From the NCBI GenBank assembly GCA_035409945.1, contig DAONQC010000001.1, positions 87,361 through 151,360 of the forward strand: DNA of 64,000 nt, in the 5' to 3' direction. Each line of letters begins with the position of its first letter. Within the stretch, counting starts at the first letter, position 1. The notes under the pieces are model-generated. The model was not told where the DNA came from. It saw nothing but the letters and a program-made list of their open reading frames with translations, and made no database searches. The position numbers and the translations under genes were made by a program. Origin of the DNA: Clostridia bacterium (GTDB lineage: Bacteria; Bacillota; Clostridia; Christensenellales; DTU072). Shown in pieces: positions 63,193-64,000 of the stretch.

Positions 63193-64000
63193 TCATAACC
63201 CCCTGTTTCTTTGGTATGCCAAAACTTTATCTAGTTTCTCTTCATATATGCTTTTTTCTTCATCATTTGTTGATCTATTAATATCTTCAACTATATTTTC
63301 CATAACTTTTTGTAAATAGTCCTTCATCAACCTTTTAATTGCATCTTCATATGTATACATGCCGTATTCACTTTTCCAATCCTCTCTTTTGTCATCAATT
63401 ACATTCAATTCGTTTCTAATTCCATCTGCCCCAACTTCATGAGACCAAAGATCTTTAAACACAAGTCTATTATTTTTCGTATATTCTTCTAAAAATTTAC
63501 TAGCTATATTTTTTTGATCTTCCGTTTTAAACATGTCTGCATTTGTAAATTCATCTATATTTAAATCAAACTGTCCAAACAGCCAAGCAGCAAGTACTAT
63601 TCTCCCTCTATCTATATCAGCATTACTAATATTTTTGTCTTTTTTTAATGTAGCAACAGTTCTAACAACTGGAGAAGGCTTATTACCTTTGCTTTCAACA
63701 ATTGCTTGTTCTATAACTTCCTTAGGTATACCTGATATTTGTGACACATAATCAACATAAGTACTTCGAGTTATACTATCAAGTTTTGATAATATAGGAA
63801 TTGTTTCCTTAACAAATTTGGGTTTACCCTCAATTGTTGAAAAATCAGCACTTTCTTTTAATTTGCGAATTTTAAATTGCGTAACAGGTTCAGCTTGCGC
63901 AAGAAGTTTATCGAAAGAACTCACGCCAAATTGTCTAATATAATCATCAGGATCCATATTATCGGGGATGGTAACAACACGAACATCAACATCTTCATCA
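63193..64000 (-). CDS. dnaG: DNA primase (partial; N-terminus beyond the window end)
   Basis: The reading frame stays open upstream of the track's first Met (…[22 protein letters not shown]…), which is the end of the Toprim domain. A DnaB-binding C-terminal region follows. The dnaG-sigA order is conserved. Confidence 0.88.
   Translation of the reverse strand, partial: DEDVDVRVVTIPDNMDPDDYIRQFGVSSFDKLLAQAEPVTQFKIRKLKESADFSTIEGKPKFVKETIPILSKLDSITRSTYVDYVSQISGIPKEVIEQAIVESKGNKPSPVVRTVATLKKDKNISNADIDRGRIVLAAWLFGQFDLNIDEFTNADMFKTEDQKNIASKFLEEYTKNNRLVFKDLWSHEVGADGIRNELNVIDDKREDWKSEYGMYTYEDAIKRLMKDYLQKVMENIVEDINRSTNDEEKSIYEEKLDKVLAYQRNRGL

Overview
The sequence is visibly AT-rich, and the window reads as a core chromosomal segment of a low-GC Firmicute, probably a Clostridia-type lineage. 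The evidence for that lineage is a SCIFF peptide with its maturase, the gene order frr-uppS-cdsA-dxr-rseP-ispG, and the order secDF-scfAB-yajC-tgt-queA-ruvBAC. By my annotation 47 of 51 CDS are on the minus strand. Eight tRNAs are present: a 6-gene minus-strand cluster and two plus-strand tRNA-Leu genes. I found no rRNA, CRISPR array, transposase, integrase or phage genes. Most genes are housekeeping: MEP pathway, lipid and cell-wall carriers, Sec translocon, RuvABC, RelA/SpoT, RecJ, PolA, DinB, PNPase/S15, SigA/DnaG, ThyA/FolA, Pgi, IDH, DapL and LacZ.

The items worth a second look are:
1. A 999-aa cytosolic protein (31896-34895) is collinear with single-chain FGAM synthase (PurL) but appears to have lost every catalytic motif I can place. 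Its start overlaps the stop of a 1125-aa lipoprotein gene (34892-38269) in an ATGA, which suggests translational coupling. That lipoprotein carries Listeria-Bacteroides repeats and BspA-type LRRs.
2. A 514-aa protein (5638-7182) sits exactly where Clostridia carry polC. It retains only a PolC-like N-terminal region, an OB fold and an intact DEDDh exonuclease. A second giant surface-protein gene of the same architecture follows it.
3. Both giant surface-protein genes lack Shine-Dalgarno sequences and share an ATGTATGTAA start motif. One looks like a candidate leaderless transcript. The other has a chain of overlapping mini-ORFs in its leader.
4. A 57-aa SCIFF precursor, below the ORF-track cutoff, lies next to its radical-SAM/SPASM maturase.
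5. An orphan ABC ATPase has degenerate signature, Walker B and H-loop motifs.

All homology statements come from reading the translations and comparing them with motifs recalled from memory. No database search was run.
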